Shown: positions 42,054 through 53,117 of the stretch, piece after piece | How positions within the stretch are numbered: the stretch's first letter is position 1 | How the letters are laid out: the number at the start of each line of letters is the position of its first letter | NCBI GenBank assembly: GCA_963702425.1 | Contig: CAVPCQ010000037.1 | Location: 224,001 to 288,000 of the forward strand | Direction: 5' to 3' | Length of the DNA stretch: 64,000 nt | Origin: an uncultured Acidobacteriota bacterium | Lineage (GTDB): Bacteria; Acidobacteriota; Polarisedimenticolia; J045 | Notes under the pieces: generated by a model | What the model was told of the DNA's origin: nothing | Databases searched by the model: none | The model's input: the letters and a program-made list of their open reading frames with translations, nothing else | Position numbers and translations under genes: made by a program

Positions 42054-43322
42054 TCAGCCGGAGCGACGGCGGGTTTCCCGCGGCGGCAGGCCGAGCGCCT
42101 GCCAGAGCAGATAGAGGGCGGAGTGGGAAGCCAGCGCCGTGATCGACTCGCGGTCGAGCGGGTAGTGCATCGAGTGCACTGCTTCGTGGTCGGGAGTGCC
42201 GACCGCAAGGAAGACCAGGCCGACCGGCTTGGTCGGGGTCGCGCCGCCGGGCCCCGCAATCCCCGTGATCGAGAGTGCGCACGTCGCGTCGAGGCGTTCC
42301 CGGGCGCCGCGCATCATCGCCAGCGCGACCGGTTCGCTCACTGCACCGCAGCGCTCGATCAGGTCGGGCGCGACGCCGAGCAGGCGGATCTTTGCCTCGT
42401 TCGAGTAGGCGATGATCCCGCCGCGGAAGTAGCGCGATGCGCCCGGCACCGAGACGATCCGCTGCCCGAGCCGCCCGCCGGTGCACGACTCGGCGACGGC
42501 CAGCGACAGGCCGCGCGCCAGCAGTCGGCCCCCGACCGCCTGGGGCAGGCTCGTCCCGTCAAGGCTGACGAGGTGCTCGCCGAGGCCGCGCGCGAGGTGG
42601 GTGCGGACCTCCTTCTCGGTCGCGTCGAGTTCCTCCGGGGTGGCCGCGGTGAGGGTGAAGGTGATGTTGAGCACGCCCAGCGACGGGAGGATCGAGACCG
42701 CGACGCCGGGACGCCGGTACCATGGCGCGAGCACGGGCTCCGCCGCCGCCTCGGGGAGCCCGGCGGCGACCGCTCGCACGAGGCGCGTCGCCGGGCGGTT
42801 CGGAAAGCGCTCCGCCACGCGCGGGAGGACCCCGTCCTCGAGCATTTGCGCGAACTCGGGCGGTACCCCCGGCAGCAGCGCGATCAGCTTGCCGCCGGTT
42901 TCGACCAGCGTGCCGCAGGCGAGCCCGCGGGCATTGGCGATCGCCTCGCCCCCCTCGACGACGTGCGCCTGGCGTCGCGAGTGGTCCGACATCGCGCGAC
43001 CGCGCGCGACGAGCCGGCGCTCCAGCTCGGCCAGCCAGTCGGCCTCGAGCCGCACGCCGCGCCCGAGTGCGTGGGCCACCCCTTCGCGCGTCAGGTCGTC
43101 GCCGGTCGGCCCCAGCCCGCCCGACAGCAGCACGATGTCGGAGGTCGCGAGCGCCGCGCCCACCGCGGCGGCGATCGAGGCCTCACTGTCCTCGACGCGC
43201 ACGATCTGTGAGAGCGGGATCCCGAGCTCGGCCAGCCGTTCGCGCGCGAGTGGGCCGTTGGCGTCCACCCGGCGCGGGTCGAGCATCTCGGAGCCGACGA
43301 TCAGCAACGCCGCCTTCGTCAC
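42054..43322 (-). CDS. cinA: CinA-like protein (MoCF-binding domain plus NMN deamidase PncC)
   Basis: VGSEML....D.N, SGGLGPTGDDLTRE, LPGVP.E, AVAESCTGG, GAVS, SITGIAGPGG.T..KPVGLV. Confidence 0.93.
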   Translation of the reverse strand: MTKAALLIVGSEMLDPRRVDANGPLARERLAELGIPLSQIVRVEDSEASIAAAVGAALATSDIVLLSGGLGPTGDDLTREGVAHALGRGVRLEADWLAELERRLVARGRAMSDHSRRQAHVVEGGEAIANARGLACGTLVETGGKLIALLPGVPPEFAQMLEDGVLPRVAERFPNRPATRLVRAVAAGLPEAAAEPVLAPWYRRPGVAVSILPSLGVLNITFTLTAATPEELDATEKEVRTHLARGLGEHLVSLDGTSLPQAVGGRLLARGLSLAVAESCTGGRLGQRIVSVPGASRYFRGGIIAYSNEAKIRLLGVAPDLIERCGAVSEPVALAMMRGARERLDATCALSITGIAGPGGATPTKPVGLVFLAVGTPDHEAVHSMHYPLDRESITALASHSALYLLWQALGLPPRETRRRSG

Positions 43323-43328
43323 CGCGGG

Positions 43329-43706
43329 CTAGCCTCCGGCACGCTTGGCGGGGAAGCCGCGCTGCTCCAGCTCGGCGACGAGCCGCTCCGCGTGGTCTCC
43401 CTGCAGCTCGAGCGCGAAGGCCGGCGCGCCGTCGGGACCGGCGAACGTGGCCAGCGTGCCGCCGCTGCCGCAGGTCCGCTTCAACTCGGCGAGCAGCGCG
43501 GCCGCATCGGGACGCGCGAGGTAGAGGGGACCCGCGGTGGTGACGGTCTTGCCGGCGCGGCCGGCTTTCTCGCGTCGCACCCGCAGCCGGTGATCGCGCG
43601 GAGCCCGCACGGACGGTCCGGCCGCGGCGTCCGCCGGCGTCCGCGCGGCGCCCGCTCCGGACGGTCCCGTGCTGTAGACCAGGCGACCTTTGTGCAGCGG
43701 GCCCAT
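43329..43706 (-). CDS. yciH: SUI1/YciH translation initiation factor
   Basis: LVYST, RVRREK.GR.GK.VT, LK..CG.GGT, ELQGD, C-terminal K.AGG. Confidence 0.88.
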   Translation of the reverse strand: MGPLHKGRLVYSTGPSGAGAARTPADAAAGPSVRAPRDHRLRVRREKAGRAGKTVTTAGPLYLARPDAAALLAELKRTCGSGGTLATFAGPDGAPAFALELQGDHAERLVAELEQRGFPAKRAGG

Positions 43707-43792
43707 CGCGAAGTGACCTCGACCGAACGGCCCGCGAGGTTAGCACGCGGCCCGGGTCGCCACCGCGCCCGTTTTGCGCCGACAATGCGGGC

Positions 43793-44881
43793 GTGATCGG
43801 TCCCTTCACGCACGGCGAGGACGCGTTCCTCGAGCGGCTGCGGCAGCGCTTCGCCGTGCTCGGGGCCCCCCGCGGGGGCCTCGGGATCGGCGACGATGCG
43901 GCGCTGCTGCCGGGGCGCCCGCGCCGGGTCGTGACGACCGATCTGCTGATCGAAGGCCAGCACTTCCGCTTCGACCTGCTCGATCCGGCCGACCTCGCGG
44001 TGCGTGCGCTGGAGGTGAACCTCTCCGACGTCGCCGCGATGGGCGCGCGGCCCGAGGCGGCCTTCCTCGGCCTGGGCTGGCCGCGCGGGGCGTCCTCCGA
44101 ACGACGCCTTCTGCGATTCCTCGAGGCCCTCCTCGCGGCCTGCGTCGCGCGCCGTGTCCCGCTGCTCGGCGGCGACACCGTGCGCGTCCCGGCCGGCGCG
44201 ACGACCGTGGCCCTCACCGTGACCGGCATCCCGTACCCCGGCGGGCCGGTGCTGCGCTCGGGCGGGCGCCCCGGGGACGCGCTCGTCGTGACCGGCGCAC
44301 TCGGGGGGTCCGCGCTCGGGCTGGCGCTCCTGGAGCGGTGGATTCGCCCGCCGCGCGACGCCGCGTCGCGGCGCCTGGCGGCGGCCGCGGTGGCCCGCTT
44401 CCGCCGGCCCGAGGCGCGGCTCGCCGCGGCCCGGCCGATGGCGGGCGCCGCGCGCGCGCTGATCGACCTGTCGGACGGGATCGGGCTCGACCTCCCGCGC
44501 CTCGCGCGAGCCAGCGGCTGCGGGTTCGAAGTGACGCGGGAACACGTTCCGATCGATCCCGCCGCGGCACGGCTGCTGCCGCCCGCGGCGGCGCGGCGTT
44601 TGGCGCTCGGCGGGGGAGAGGACTTCGAACTGCTCGCGGCGGTCCCGCCGGGCCGGCTCTCCGGCCTGCTCCGGCGGCTCGCGGCCGAGGGGATCCCCGC
44701 GGTCTCCATCGGACGGCTCCTCCCCGCCGGGGCCGGCGGCCGGCTGCGGGTCGGAAAGGCCTGCCGGCGCTGGGTTGCGGCCGGTTGGGACCCCTTCCGC
44801 GCCGGTCGCCGGACGGCCCTAGACGCTGCCGCCCCGCGGCCCGTAGTTCCTGGTGGACGGCGGAGGCCCGCGGCCGGATGA
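43793..44881 (+). CDS. thiL: Thiamine-monophosphate kinase
   Basis: GIGDDAA, TTDLLIEG.HF, NLSDVAAMGA.P, GGDT, IDLSDG, GGEDFELL, GWDPF. Confidence 0.93.
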   Translation: MIGPFTHGEDAFLERLRQRFAVLGAPRGGLGIGDDAALLPGRPRRVVTTDLLIEGQHFRFDLLDPADLAVRALEVNLSDVAAMGARPEAAFLGLGWPRGASSERRLLRFLEALLAACVARRVPLLGGDTVRVPAGATTVALTVTGIPYPGGPVLRSGGRPGDALVVTGALGGSALGLALLERWIRPPRDAASRRLAAAAVARFRRPEARLAAARPMAGAARALIDLSDGIGLDLPRLARASGCGFEVTREHVPIDPAAARLLPPAAARRLALGGGEDFELLAAVPPGRLSGLLRRLAAEGIPAVSIGRLLPAGAGGRLRVGKACRRWVAAGWDPFRAGRRTALDAAAPRPVVPGGRRRPAAG

Positions 44882-45501
44882 GCGGCGAAGCGGACCTCAT
44901 CGTTCGGGCGGCGGCCGGGGACCGGGAGGCGTTCGACGCCCTGATCGCCCCGCGCTGGGAGCGGCTCCACCGGATCGCCGGGCGGATCATCGGCGACTGG
45001 GACGAGGCGCGGGACGTCGCCCAGCAGGTGGCGCTTCGGCTGTGGCAGACGCTCTCACGCTTTCGGCCCGGCGAAGACCTAGACGGCTGGATCTACAGGA
45101 TGACGGTGAACCTCGCGATCGATGAACTGCGCAAGCGCCAGGCCCGGCGGGAAGACCTGCTGGCCGAGCTGCCCGATGCCGTCCTGCCGTCGCCGGCGGG
45201 CGGGCGGCGCGATCCGCTGGACCAGGTGCTCGCGCAGGAGCTGGAAGCGGCGCTCGACGACTGCACGCGCGAGCTCTCGCCGCGCCAGAAGGCGGTCTTC
45301 GTGCTGGCCCGCGTCGAGGGGCTGGAGCCGTCGGAGATCGCGCGACTGATGGAGCTGGCGCCGTCGACCGTGCGGAATCACCTCTTCCAGGCGCGCGGCG
45401 CGGTGGCGCGGCGCCTGCGGGTCCGTTACCCGGAGCTCTGCGCCTCGTGGATCGTGGCCGGAGACGAGTCCCCGGACGGCGGGGACGGGACGCCGTCGTG
45501 A
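44878..45501 (+). CDS. ECF sigma-70 factor
   Basis: GDREAF..L, DEARDVAQ, WIYR...N.AID..R, LSPRQKAVFVL...EG....EIA......STVRNHLFQAR. Confidence 0.92.
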   Translation: MSGEADLIVRAAAGDREAFDALIAPRWERLHRIAGRIIGDWDEARDVAQQVALRLWQTLSRFRPGEDLDGWIYRMTVNLAIDELRKRQARREDLLAELPDAVLPSPAGGRRDPLDQVLAQELEAALDDCTRELSPRQKAVFVLARVEGLEPSEIARLMELAPSTVRNHLFQARGAVARRLRVRYPELCASWIVAGDESPDGGDGTPS

Positions 45502-45992
45502 GCCGCGTGCCCGGCACGGAGCACCTCACGGCCGAGCGGGCTGCGACGATCGCCGCGATCGCGCGCCCGTCCGCGGCCGAGGCCGCGCATCTGCGCGCCT
45601 GCGCCGCCTGCCGGGGCGCGCTCGCGGCGCACGACCCCTCCGCGATCTTCGCGCTGCTGGCCCACGTGCCGCCGCCCCGAGCGGCCCCCGTGCTGAGCGC
45701 CCTGGATCTGCCGGCACCCGCCCGCCGGGCGCTGCCGTCGGCGCCGGCCGTCTCGCGCCTGCTCCTCGCGGCGGCTGCCGTGCTGCTCGCTGCCGCCGCG
45801 CTCGTTCCGCTGCTCGCGCGGAAACTGCCTGCGGCGACGGACAGCGTGATTGCCGCGCAGGCGGAGCGCTCGCGCACGGCGAGCGTCGTGCGCCGGGTCG
45901 ATCAGCCCGGCGCACGGATCGTCACGCTTCTTCCGCCGAGTCCGGACGCCCCGTCCGTGACCATGATTCTCGGCACGGAGATCGACCTGTGA
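45498..45992 (+). CDS. Zinc-binding (zf-HC2/ZAS) transmembrane anti-sigma factor
   Basis: HxxxCxxC (HLRACAAC), one TM helix, coupled to the ECF gene by a GTGA overlap. Confidence 0.75.
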   Translation: MSRVPGTEHLTAERAATIAAIARPSAAEAAHLRACAACRGALAAHDPSAIFALLAHVPPPRAAPVLSALDLPAPARRALPSAPAVSRLLLAAAAVLLAAAALVPLLARKLPAATDSVIAAQAERSRTASVVRRVDQPGARIVTLLPPSPDAPSVTMILGTEIDL

Positions 45993-46759
45993 ACCGCGTC
46001 GTGACCATCCCGCTGCTCGCGGCCGCGCTGCTGGCCGGGCTCTCGACCGCCGGAACGGCCGCCGGGCCGGAGACCGGCGGCGAGCCGGCGTGCGACGGCA
46101 AGTCGATCCAGGCGCGCGTCATCGCCGTGCGCTACAAGCCGCTCTCCGAGGCCTCGGCGGTCGTGGAAGAACTGCTCGGGCCCTGCGGTGCCGTGCGGGT
46201 ACCGAAGTCCTCGCGCCTGCTGACCGTCGAGGACGAGCCGGAGCGGCTGGACCGGATCGCGCGGGCGCTGTCGGCGTGGGACACCCCGCCGCGCGCGGTG
46301 GACATGTCGATCAGCCTGATCCTCGCGACGCGTGACCCGGCCCCGGCGGGAGGAATCGCCCGGGAACTGCGGGGCGTGTCGGAGTCGCTCTCGCAGCTCA
46401 CGCGCTACACCAGTTTCAAACTGCTCTCTTCGACCACGCTGCGCGCGATGGAAGGGAAGCGCGCCGAGGCGGCGCTCGGCGAGCGCTACTCGGTCGCTTT
46501 CCGCGTCGCCTCCGTCGATCGCGAGCGCGGCGTCGTGACGATCGAGACCTTCGACCTGCTCGAGCAGCCCGCTTCCGGGGAAGCCGGGGCGGCGGGCGCG
46601 TCGCCGCGGACGATCCTGCGGCTCGAGCTGGCGCTCACGCACGGCCGCGAGGAACTCGTGGGGGCGCCGGGCCGCCGCCAGGACCGCGCGATCTTCATCG
46701 CGCTGAAGGCGGTCGACGCCGGCGACGGCGCCGAACTCGCGCCGGGGCCGGGGCGCTGA
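45989..46759 (+). CDS. Exported protein with a Secretin_N (NolW/N3)-like domain
   Basis: Signal peptide. RVIAVRY....EA...VEELL...G.V......LLTV.D.PE.L.RI...L..WD.P...V...I.LI resembles the N-domain of this locus's own secretin (RTFYLSN...AITIKDTPEKI...D......V.V.F.L). Confidence 0.6.
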   Translation: MNRVVTIPLLAAALLAGLSTAGTAAGPETGGEPACDGKSIQARVIAVRYKPLSEASAVVEELLGPCGAVRVPKSSRLLTVEDEPERLDRIARALSAWDTPPRAVDMSISLILATRDPAPAGGIARELRGVSESLSQLTRYTSFKLLSSTTLRAMEGKRAEAALGERYSVAFRVASVDRERGVVTIETFDLLEQPASGEAGAAGASPRTILRLELALTHGREELVGAPGRRQDRAIFIALKAVDAGDGAELAPGPGR

Positions 46760-46761
46760 CG

Positions 46762-47976
46762 ATGCCGATCTTCCGCTGCCGCTTGGCGACGACGACCGGA
46801 GAGATCGTCGACCGGGAGTTCGAAGCCTCCGAGCCGGGCACGCTGCGGCGCGAGCTGGAGCGGCAGGAGTTCCTGGTCCTGTCGATCCAGAAGCGCTCCA
46901 CCGTCGCATCCGCCTTCGGTGGACTCCTGAAGCGGCGCAAGTCGGTGAAGATGAGCGAGTTCCTGTTCTTCAACCAGGAATTCGTCGCGCTGATTCGCGC
47001 CGGGCTGCCGATCGTCGAATGCCTGACGCTGCTCATCGAGCGCCGGCAGAACCCGGTCTTCAAGCAGGCGCTCGAGGACGTCCGCAATCGCGTGCGGACC
47101 GGCGAGGCGCTCTCTGACGCGTTCGCGGCGCAGGGGGTCTTTCCGCCGCTCTACTCCAGCACGGTCGCGTCCGGCGAGCGCAGCGGCGAGATCGCGACCG
47201 TGCTCCAGCGCTACGTGACGTACAGCAAGACGATTCTGACGGTGCGCAAGAAGGTGCTCGCGGCGCTGACCTACCCGGCGATCCTGATCGCGCTGTCGGT
47301 GGTCCTGGTGGTCGTCCTGCTGACCTATGTGCTGCCCAACTTCCAGGACTTCTTCAGCGACTTCGGGGCCGAGCTGCCGCTGATCACGCGGGCGGTGCTG
47401 GGGGCCTCGACGATGCTCCGCAGCTGGTGGTTCGTCTGGCTCGGAGTGATCGTCGGCAGCGTGGCGCTGATCACGGTCTGGCGCCGCACTCCGTCGGGGC
47501 AACGGGGCCTCGAGGCGATCGTCTACCGTCTGCCCGTGATCGGATCGATCGCGCGCAAGTTCGTCGTCACGCGCTTCGCGCGCACGCTCGGCACCCTGGT
47601 CTCCGGCGGCATCCCGATGGTGACCGGGCTCGAGATCGTCTCGCGGGCGATCGGGACCCCGATCTACGGGCAGGCGATCGCCCGCGTGGCCGGGAAGATC
47701 CGCGAGGGGGCGGCGCTCTGGTCCTCGCTCGAGGAGACCGGGCTGTTCCCGGACATGCTGATCGAGATGGTCAAGGTCGGGGAGTCGTCCGGCACCGTGG
47801 CCGAGATGCTCGACCACGTCGGCAACTTCACCGACGAGGAGATCGAGCACGAGCTGCAGACGCTGGTGTCGCTGGTCGAACCGGCGCTCCTGGTGGGCAT
47901 GGCCGTCGTGGTCGGACTGCTCCTGTTCTCGATCTACTACCCTCTACTCCAGGTGGTCGGGAACCTGGGAGCCTAG
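46762..47976 (+). CDS. Type II secretion/type IV pilus platform protein GspF/PilC
   Basis: L.RAGLPI...L, G..LSDA, GE.SG, ALTYP, LP.IT, RTLGTL..GG.P, VGE.SG, LVEP. Confidence 0.93.
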   Translation: MPIFRCRLATTTGEIVDREFEASEPGTLRRELERQEFLVLSIQKRSTVASAFGGLLKRRKSVKMSEFLFFNQEFVALIRAGLPIVECLTLLIERRQNPVFKQALEDVRNRVRTGEALSDAFAAQGVFPPLYSSTVASGERSGEIATVLQRYVTYSKTILTVRKKVLAALTYPAILIALSVVLVVVLLTYVLPNFQDFFSDFGAELPLITRAVLGASTMLRSWWFVWLGVIVGSVALITVWRRTPSGQRGLEAIVYRLPVIGSIARKFVVTRFARTLGTLVSGGIPMVTGLEIVSRAIGTPIYGQAIARVAGKIREGAALWSSLEETGLFPDMLIEMVKVGESSGTVAEMLDHVGNFTDEEIEHELQTLVSLVEPALLVGMAVVVGLLLFSIYYPLLQVVGNLGA

Positions 47977-47988
47977 GGAGCGGCCGCG

Positions 47989-49623
<1,635 letters not shown>

Positions 49624-49654
49624 CCGGCGGCATCGCAGAGGAGACGGAAGCGGA

Positions 49655-50683
49655 ATGGACATGAAGGTCATCGGCGAGCAGCTCGAGCGGCTGATTCCGG
49701 CCCGCGTACGCGACGCGGCGTGGATGCGCCCGAGCTATCCGCTCGTCGCCGTCGAGTTGCGCGACGACGCCGTCGTCACGGTCCGCGTGACGCGCCAGCG
49801 CGGCCAGTATCACCTCGGCGGGTACGGCCACCGCGCGCTCCGCGAGGGGGTGTTCTCGCCGGGCCTGATGAAGTCCCAGTTCGACGACCCGTCGGCCTTC
49901 GCACGGGCGGTGCTCGAGAGCCTGCAGCTGGCGGGAGCGACCGGCAGTCCGAGAATCTCGCTCGCGGTGCCCGACACGATCGCGCGGGTCTTCCTGGTCG
50001 ACCTCGAGGAGCTGCCGGCGGCCTGGCGCCAGGCCACCGAGATGATCCGCTGGCGGATCAAGAAGTCGATCCCGTTCCGCGTCGAAGAGGCACGGCTTTC
50101 GTGGCAGCAGATCGGCAAGGCCGAGGACGGCCGGATCCAGGTCCTGGTGGCCGTGGCTCCCGACGCGAGCCTGCGGCCGATCGAGGACCTGCTGACGGCC
50201 GCCGGCCTGCGGGTCGGCTTGATCGACCTCTCGAGCTTCGCGCTGCTCAGCGCGATCCGACTCGCGGACGCGGGCGAACCCGGCGCGGCGCCGGCCGGCG
50301 ACTCCGCCCTGATCAACGCCACGCCGACGTTCTTCAGCGTCACGCTGACCCGCGAGGGACGGCTGCTCCTCTACCGCTCCAAGTCGTATCACCTGTCGGG
50401 AGGGTTCCAGGGCGAGGAGAGCCTGCGGGTCGTCGGTCGCGAGCTGAAGTCGACGCTGTCCTACTACGAGGAGCACCTGATCGGGCGCGGGATCGGGTCG
50501 ACCGTCCTGCGCGCCGCCGGCGTCGCGGTCGAGCCCCTGGCCGAAATCGCGCGGGAGGCGGGTTTCAGCGGGGTGCGGATCGCCGCGGCTCCGAAGACGC
50601 TCCCCGAGCTGCGGGGCTTGCCGGACGGGACCGTCCCGGAGCTGCTCCCCGCCGTCGGGCTGGCGCTGCGGAGGTTGGCGTGA
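49655..50683 (+). CDS. PilM-like cytoplasmic actin-fold assembly protein
   Basis: Position after the ATPase. VAVEL...V..V, IRW...K..PF, C-terminal AVGLALR. Confidence 0.75.
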   Translation: MDMKVIGEQLERLIPARVRDAAWMRPSYPLVAVELRDDAVVTVRVTRQRGQYHLGGYGHRALREGVFSPGLMKSQFDDPSAFARAVLESLQLAGATGSPRISLAVPDTIARVFLVDLEELPAAWRQATEMIRWRIKKSIPFRVEEARLSWQQIGKAEDGRIQVLVAVAPDASLRPIEDLLTAAGLRVGLIDLSSFALLSAIRLADAGEPGAAPAGDSALINATPTFFSVTLTREGRLLLYRSKSYHLSGGFQGEESLRVVGRELKSTLSYYEEHLIGRGIGSTVLRAAGVAVEPLAEIAREAGFSGVRIAAAPKTLPELRGLPDGTVPELLPAVGLALRRLA

Positions 50684-51708
50684 GGACGGTCGACATCAAT
50701 CTCGCGTCGAATCCCTTCCGCAACGACAAGCCGATCTGGGCGGTGCTCGGTCTATTCGGCGCGCTCGCGCTCGGCTTCACCGGCTACAACGCGTGGGCCT
50801 ACCTGACCGCCGGCTCGCGGCAGGCGCAGCTCGAGCAGGAGATCGCCGGGCACCGCAAGCGGATGCACGAGATGAAGGCCGAGGCAGACGCACTGCAGGC
50901 CGCGCTTGCCAAGGTGGACGAAGAGACCCTCTCCTCGCAGGCCGAGTTCGTCTCGTCGATCCTCGACCAGCGGAACTTCTCCTGGACCCACCTGTTCAAC
51001 GCCCTCGAAACGACCACCCCGTGGGACGTCAAGCTGCTCTCGATCCGGCCGCAGTTCGAGGTGATCAATCGCCGCACCGGCGAGGGCCGCTTCCGGATCC
51101 AGGTTTCCGGCATCGGCCGGACTTTCGACAGCTTCCTCGACCTGCAGGAGTCGCTGCAGGGCGCCGAGCTCTTCTCCGAGGTGACCCCCGAGGAATACGA
51201 GCGGCAGGGCGACGACCGCGTCGACTTCAACATGGCATTCACCTACACGCCGCCGAAGGTCGAGCCCGGCGAGTCGACTACTGCGGACGGATCGAGCGCG
51301 ATCGCCGGAAAGGAAGAGGAGCTCCCGGGCTGGCCCACGGAATCCGACGAGACGGGGTCGGCCGACGAGTCGGGACCGGCCGACGCCGCGGCGGTCGACG
51401 CGGACTCCGCCCCGGCGAGCCCGGGTCCGGGCGTGCCGCCACCGGCCGACCGAGGCGCAGCTCAGGCCGCGGCCGGGGTGCAGGGCCAGCCGGCCGCGAT
51501 CGATCCGGGCGCCAACCCGGTGGTCGCACTTCCCGCGGGTCCGGCCGCCGTTCCGGCCGAGAGCGCCGCCGCCGACGAGCTCCGCGAGAACGAGATCAGG
51601 CAGCCGAACAAGCGGCGGCTCGACCCGAACCGCAATCCCGGGGCCGGCCGCCGGAAGCGGCCGCCAGCCGCGGCGCCCTCCGAGCCGCCGGCCGGAGCCG
51701 ACCGGTGA
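50680..51708 (+). CDS. PilN-like protein with acidic/Pro-rich tail
   Basis: GTG 50680, INLA..PF motif, TM helix, coiled coil, FSW..LF..LE...P.DV.L.SI.P. Confidence 0.75.
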   Translation: MRTVDINLASNPFRNDKPIWAVLGLFGALALGFTGYNAWAYLTAGSRQAQLEQEIAGHRKRMHEMKAEADALQAALAKVDEETLSSQAEFVSSILDQRNFSWTHLFNALETTTPWDVKLLSIRPQFEVINRRTGEGRFRIQVSGIGRTFDSFLDLQESLQGAELFSEVTPEEYERQGDDRVDFNMAFTYTPPKVEPGESTTADGSSAIAGKEEELPGWPTESDETGSADESGPADAAAVDADSAPASPGPGVPPPADRGAAQAAAGVQGQPAAIDPGANPVVALPAGPAAVPAESAAADELRENEIRQPNKRRLDPNRNPGAGRRKRPPAAAPSEPPAGADR

Positions 51709-52409
51709 GCGCCCCCGCACCCAACGGCGGAGTGCCGACCCGTCCGGCGCGGCCTCCCGGGCAACGCTTCGACGTCCGCCAGGCGGCGCCCCGGCTGCTG
51801 CTGCTGCTGCTTGCGCTGCTCGTGCTCAACGGCATCCTGTGGACCCTCTTCATTCGCCCCCGCCAGGCCGAGATCACGCGGATCGAGAGCGAGAAGCAGG
51901 GCGACGCCGCGACCGAGAAGAAGTCGGCGGTGGCGCTGGCCCAGCTGCAGAAGGTCCACGACCATGTGGTCGGAATCCAGGAGGGAGTGAACCGCTTCTA
52001 CGACCAGATGCTGGCCACCAAGCGCGACCGGATGGTGCCGTTCCAGCGCGCCCTCGACGGGGTCGGTAGCGAATTCAACGTCCGCGCGGAGCGGGTCCAG
52101 GTCGGCACCCAGGCGCTGGCGGCCGAGGGGATCGAGGCCATGGCCTTCAGCTTCCCGCTGACCGCCGGCTACGAGAATCTCCGCCAGTTCCTGGCGCGGC
52201 TCGAAGAGCTCGATCAGTTCCTGATCGTGCGCCAGGTCAGCCTCGGCGGCGGTTCGGAGGGCGGGCGCCTGCTGCAGCTGAGCGTCGATGTCGAGACCTA
52301 CTTCAACGCGCCGGAGCTGCGGCGGGCCTACGAGGCCGACCGCGCGGCGAAGGCGTCGAAGCGCGGCACGAGCCCGCGGCGGCCGGTGCGCGCGGGAGCG
52401 ACGCGATGA
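51705..52409 (+). CDS. PilO/GspM-like protein
   Basis: TM helix, coiled coil, FPL..GY.NLR.FL..LE....FL.V..V.L, ETYF. Confidence 0.75.
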   Translation: MSAPAPNGGVPTRPARPPGQRFDVRQAAPRLLLLLLALLVLNGILWTLFIRPRQAEITRIESEKQGDAATEKKSAVALAQLQKVHDHVVGIQEGVNRFYDQMLATKRDRMVPFQRALDGVGSEFNVRAERVQVGTQALAAEGIEAMAFSFPLTAGYENLRQFLARLEELDQFLIVRQVSLGGGSEGGRLLQLSVDVETYFNAPELRRAYEADRAAKASKRGTSPRRPVRAGATR

Positions 52410-53086
52410 AGATCGCCGAGGCCCAGCGCCAGCAGGTGCTGCTGCTGATACTCCTCGCGGTCGCGGTCACGGCCCTGGGTTGGAATTACCGGGCCGCGCT
52501 CTTCGGGAGGGACGCGGCAGGGGCGGCGCGCGAACAGACCGACACGGTCGCGCCGCTCGACAAGCGGCTGGCCGCGATGCTCGAGGTCCCGTCGATCCCG
52601 CTCGAACGGCCGGACGTGGAGGAGGCCTACGACCGGCAGCGCAACCTGTTCGAGTTCAGCCAGAGCCCGGAGGCGATTGCCGCCGAGCAGGCACGGAAGG
52701 ACGCCGAGCGCCGCGCCGAGGTCGAGCGCGCGGAACGCGAGGCCCGGATGGCCAGGGAACGGCAGGTCGAAGCGGCTCGCCGCGCGCTCCTGCCGCCCGA
52801 GCCGCCGCCGCCGCCTCCGCCGCCTCCTCCTCCGCAGCCGCCGGCGTTCCGCTACACGTACGTGGCCCGCATCGCGAAGCTGCAGCAGGATGAGGAGTAC
52901 CTCGCTGTGCTGCAGAAGAAGGAAGGCAAGACGACGACCGAGATCGTCCGGGTGGGCGACGTGCTCGACAGCCAGTTCGTGGTGAAGAAGATCGACATCG
53001 ATCAGGTGGTCGTGAGCTACACGGACCCGCGTTTTTCGGACCAGACGCAGAGCGTGCGCCTGATCCCGGCGGCCCCCAAGCGCTAG
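52406..53086 (+). CDS. PilP/GspC-like protein with poly-Pro linker
   Basis: TM helix, RNLF.F, poly-Pro tract, V..GDVL...F.V.KI....V.V.Y. Confidence 0.6.
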   Translation: MKIAEAQRQQVLLLILLAVAVTALGWNYRAALFGRDAAGAAREQTDTVAPLDKRLAAMLEVPSIPLERPDVEEAYDRQRNLFEFSQSPEAIAAEQARKDAERRAEVERAEREARMARERQVEAARRALLPPEPPPPPPPPPPPQPPAFRYTYVARIAKLQQDEEYLAVLQKKEGKTTTEIVRVGDVLDSQFVVKKIDIDQVVVSYTDPRFSDQTQSVRLIPAAPKR

Positions 53087-53117
53087 TGACGCCGGCGCTC
53101 GAGACGGAGGCAGGACG

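Noticed and set aside
43707-43792. TPP riboswitch upstream of thiL
   Set aside because: The spacer is short, lacks the CTGAGA core, and appears to be filled by divergent promoters.
52795-52842. (CCG/CCT)n tract as a phase-variable microsatellite
   Set aside because: In-frame poly-Pro linker with mixed codons. Length change would not shift the frame.
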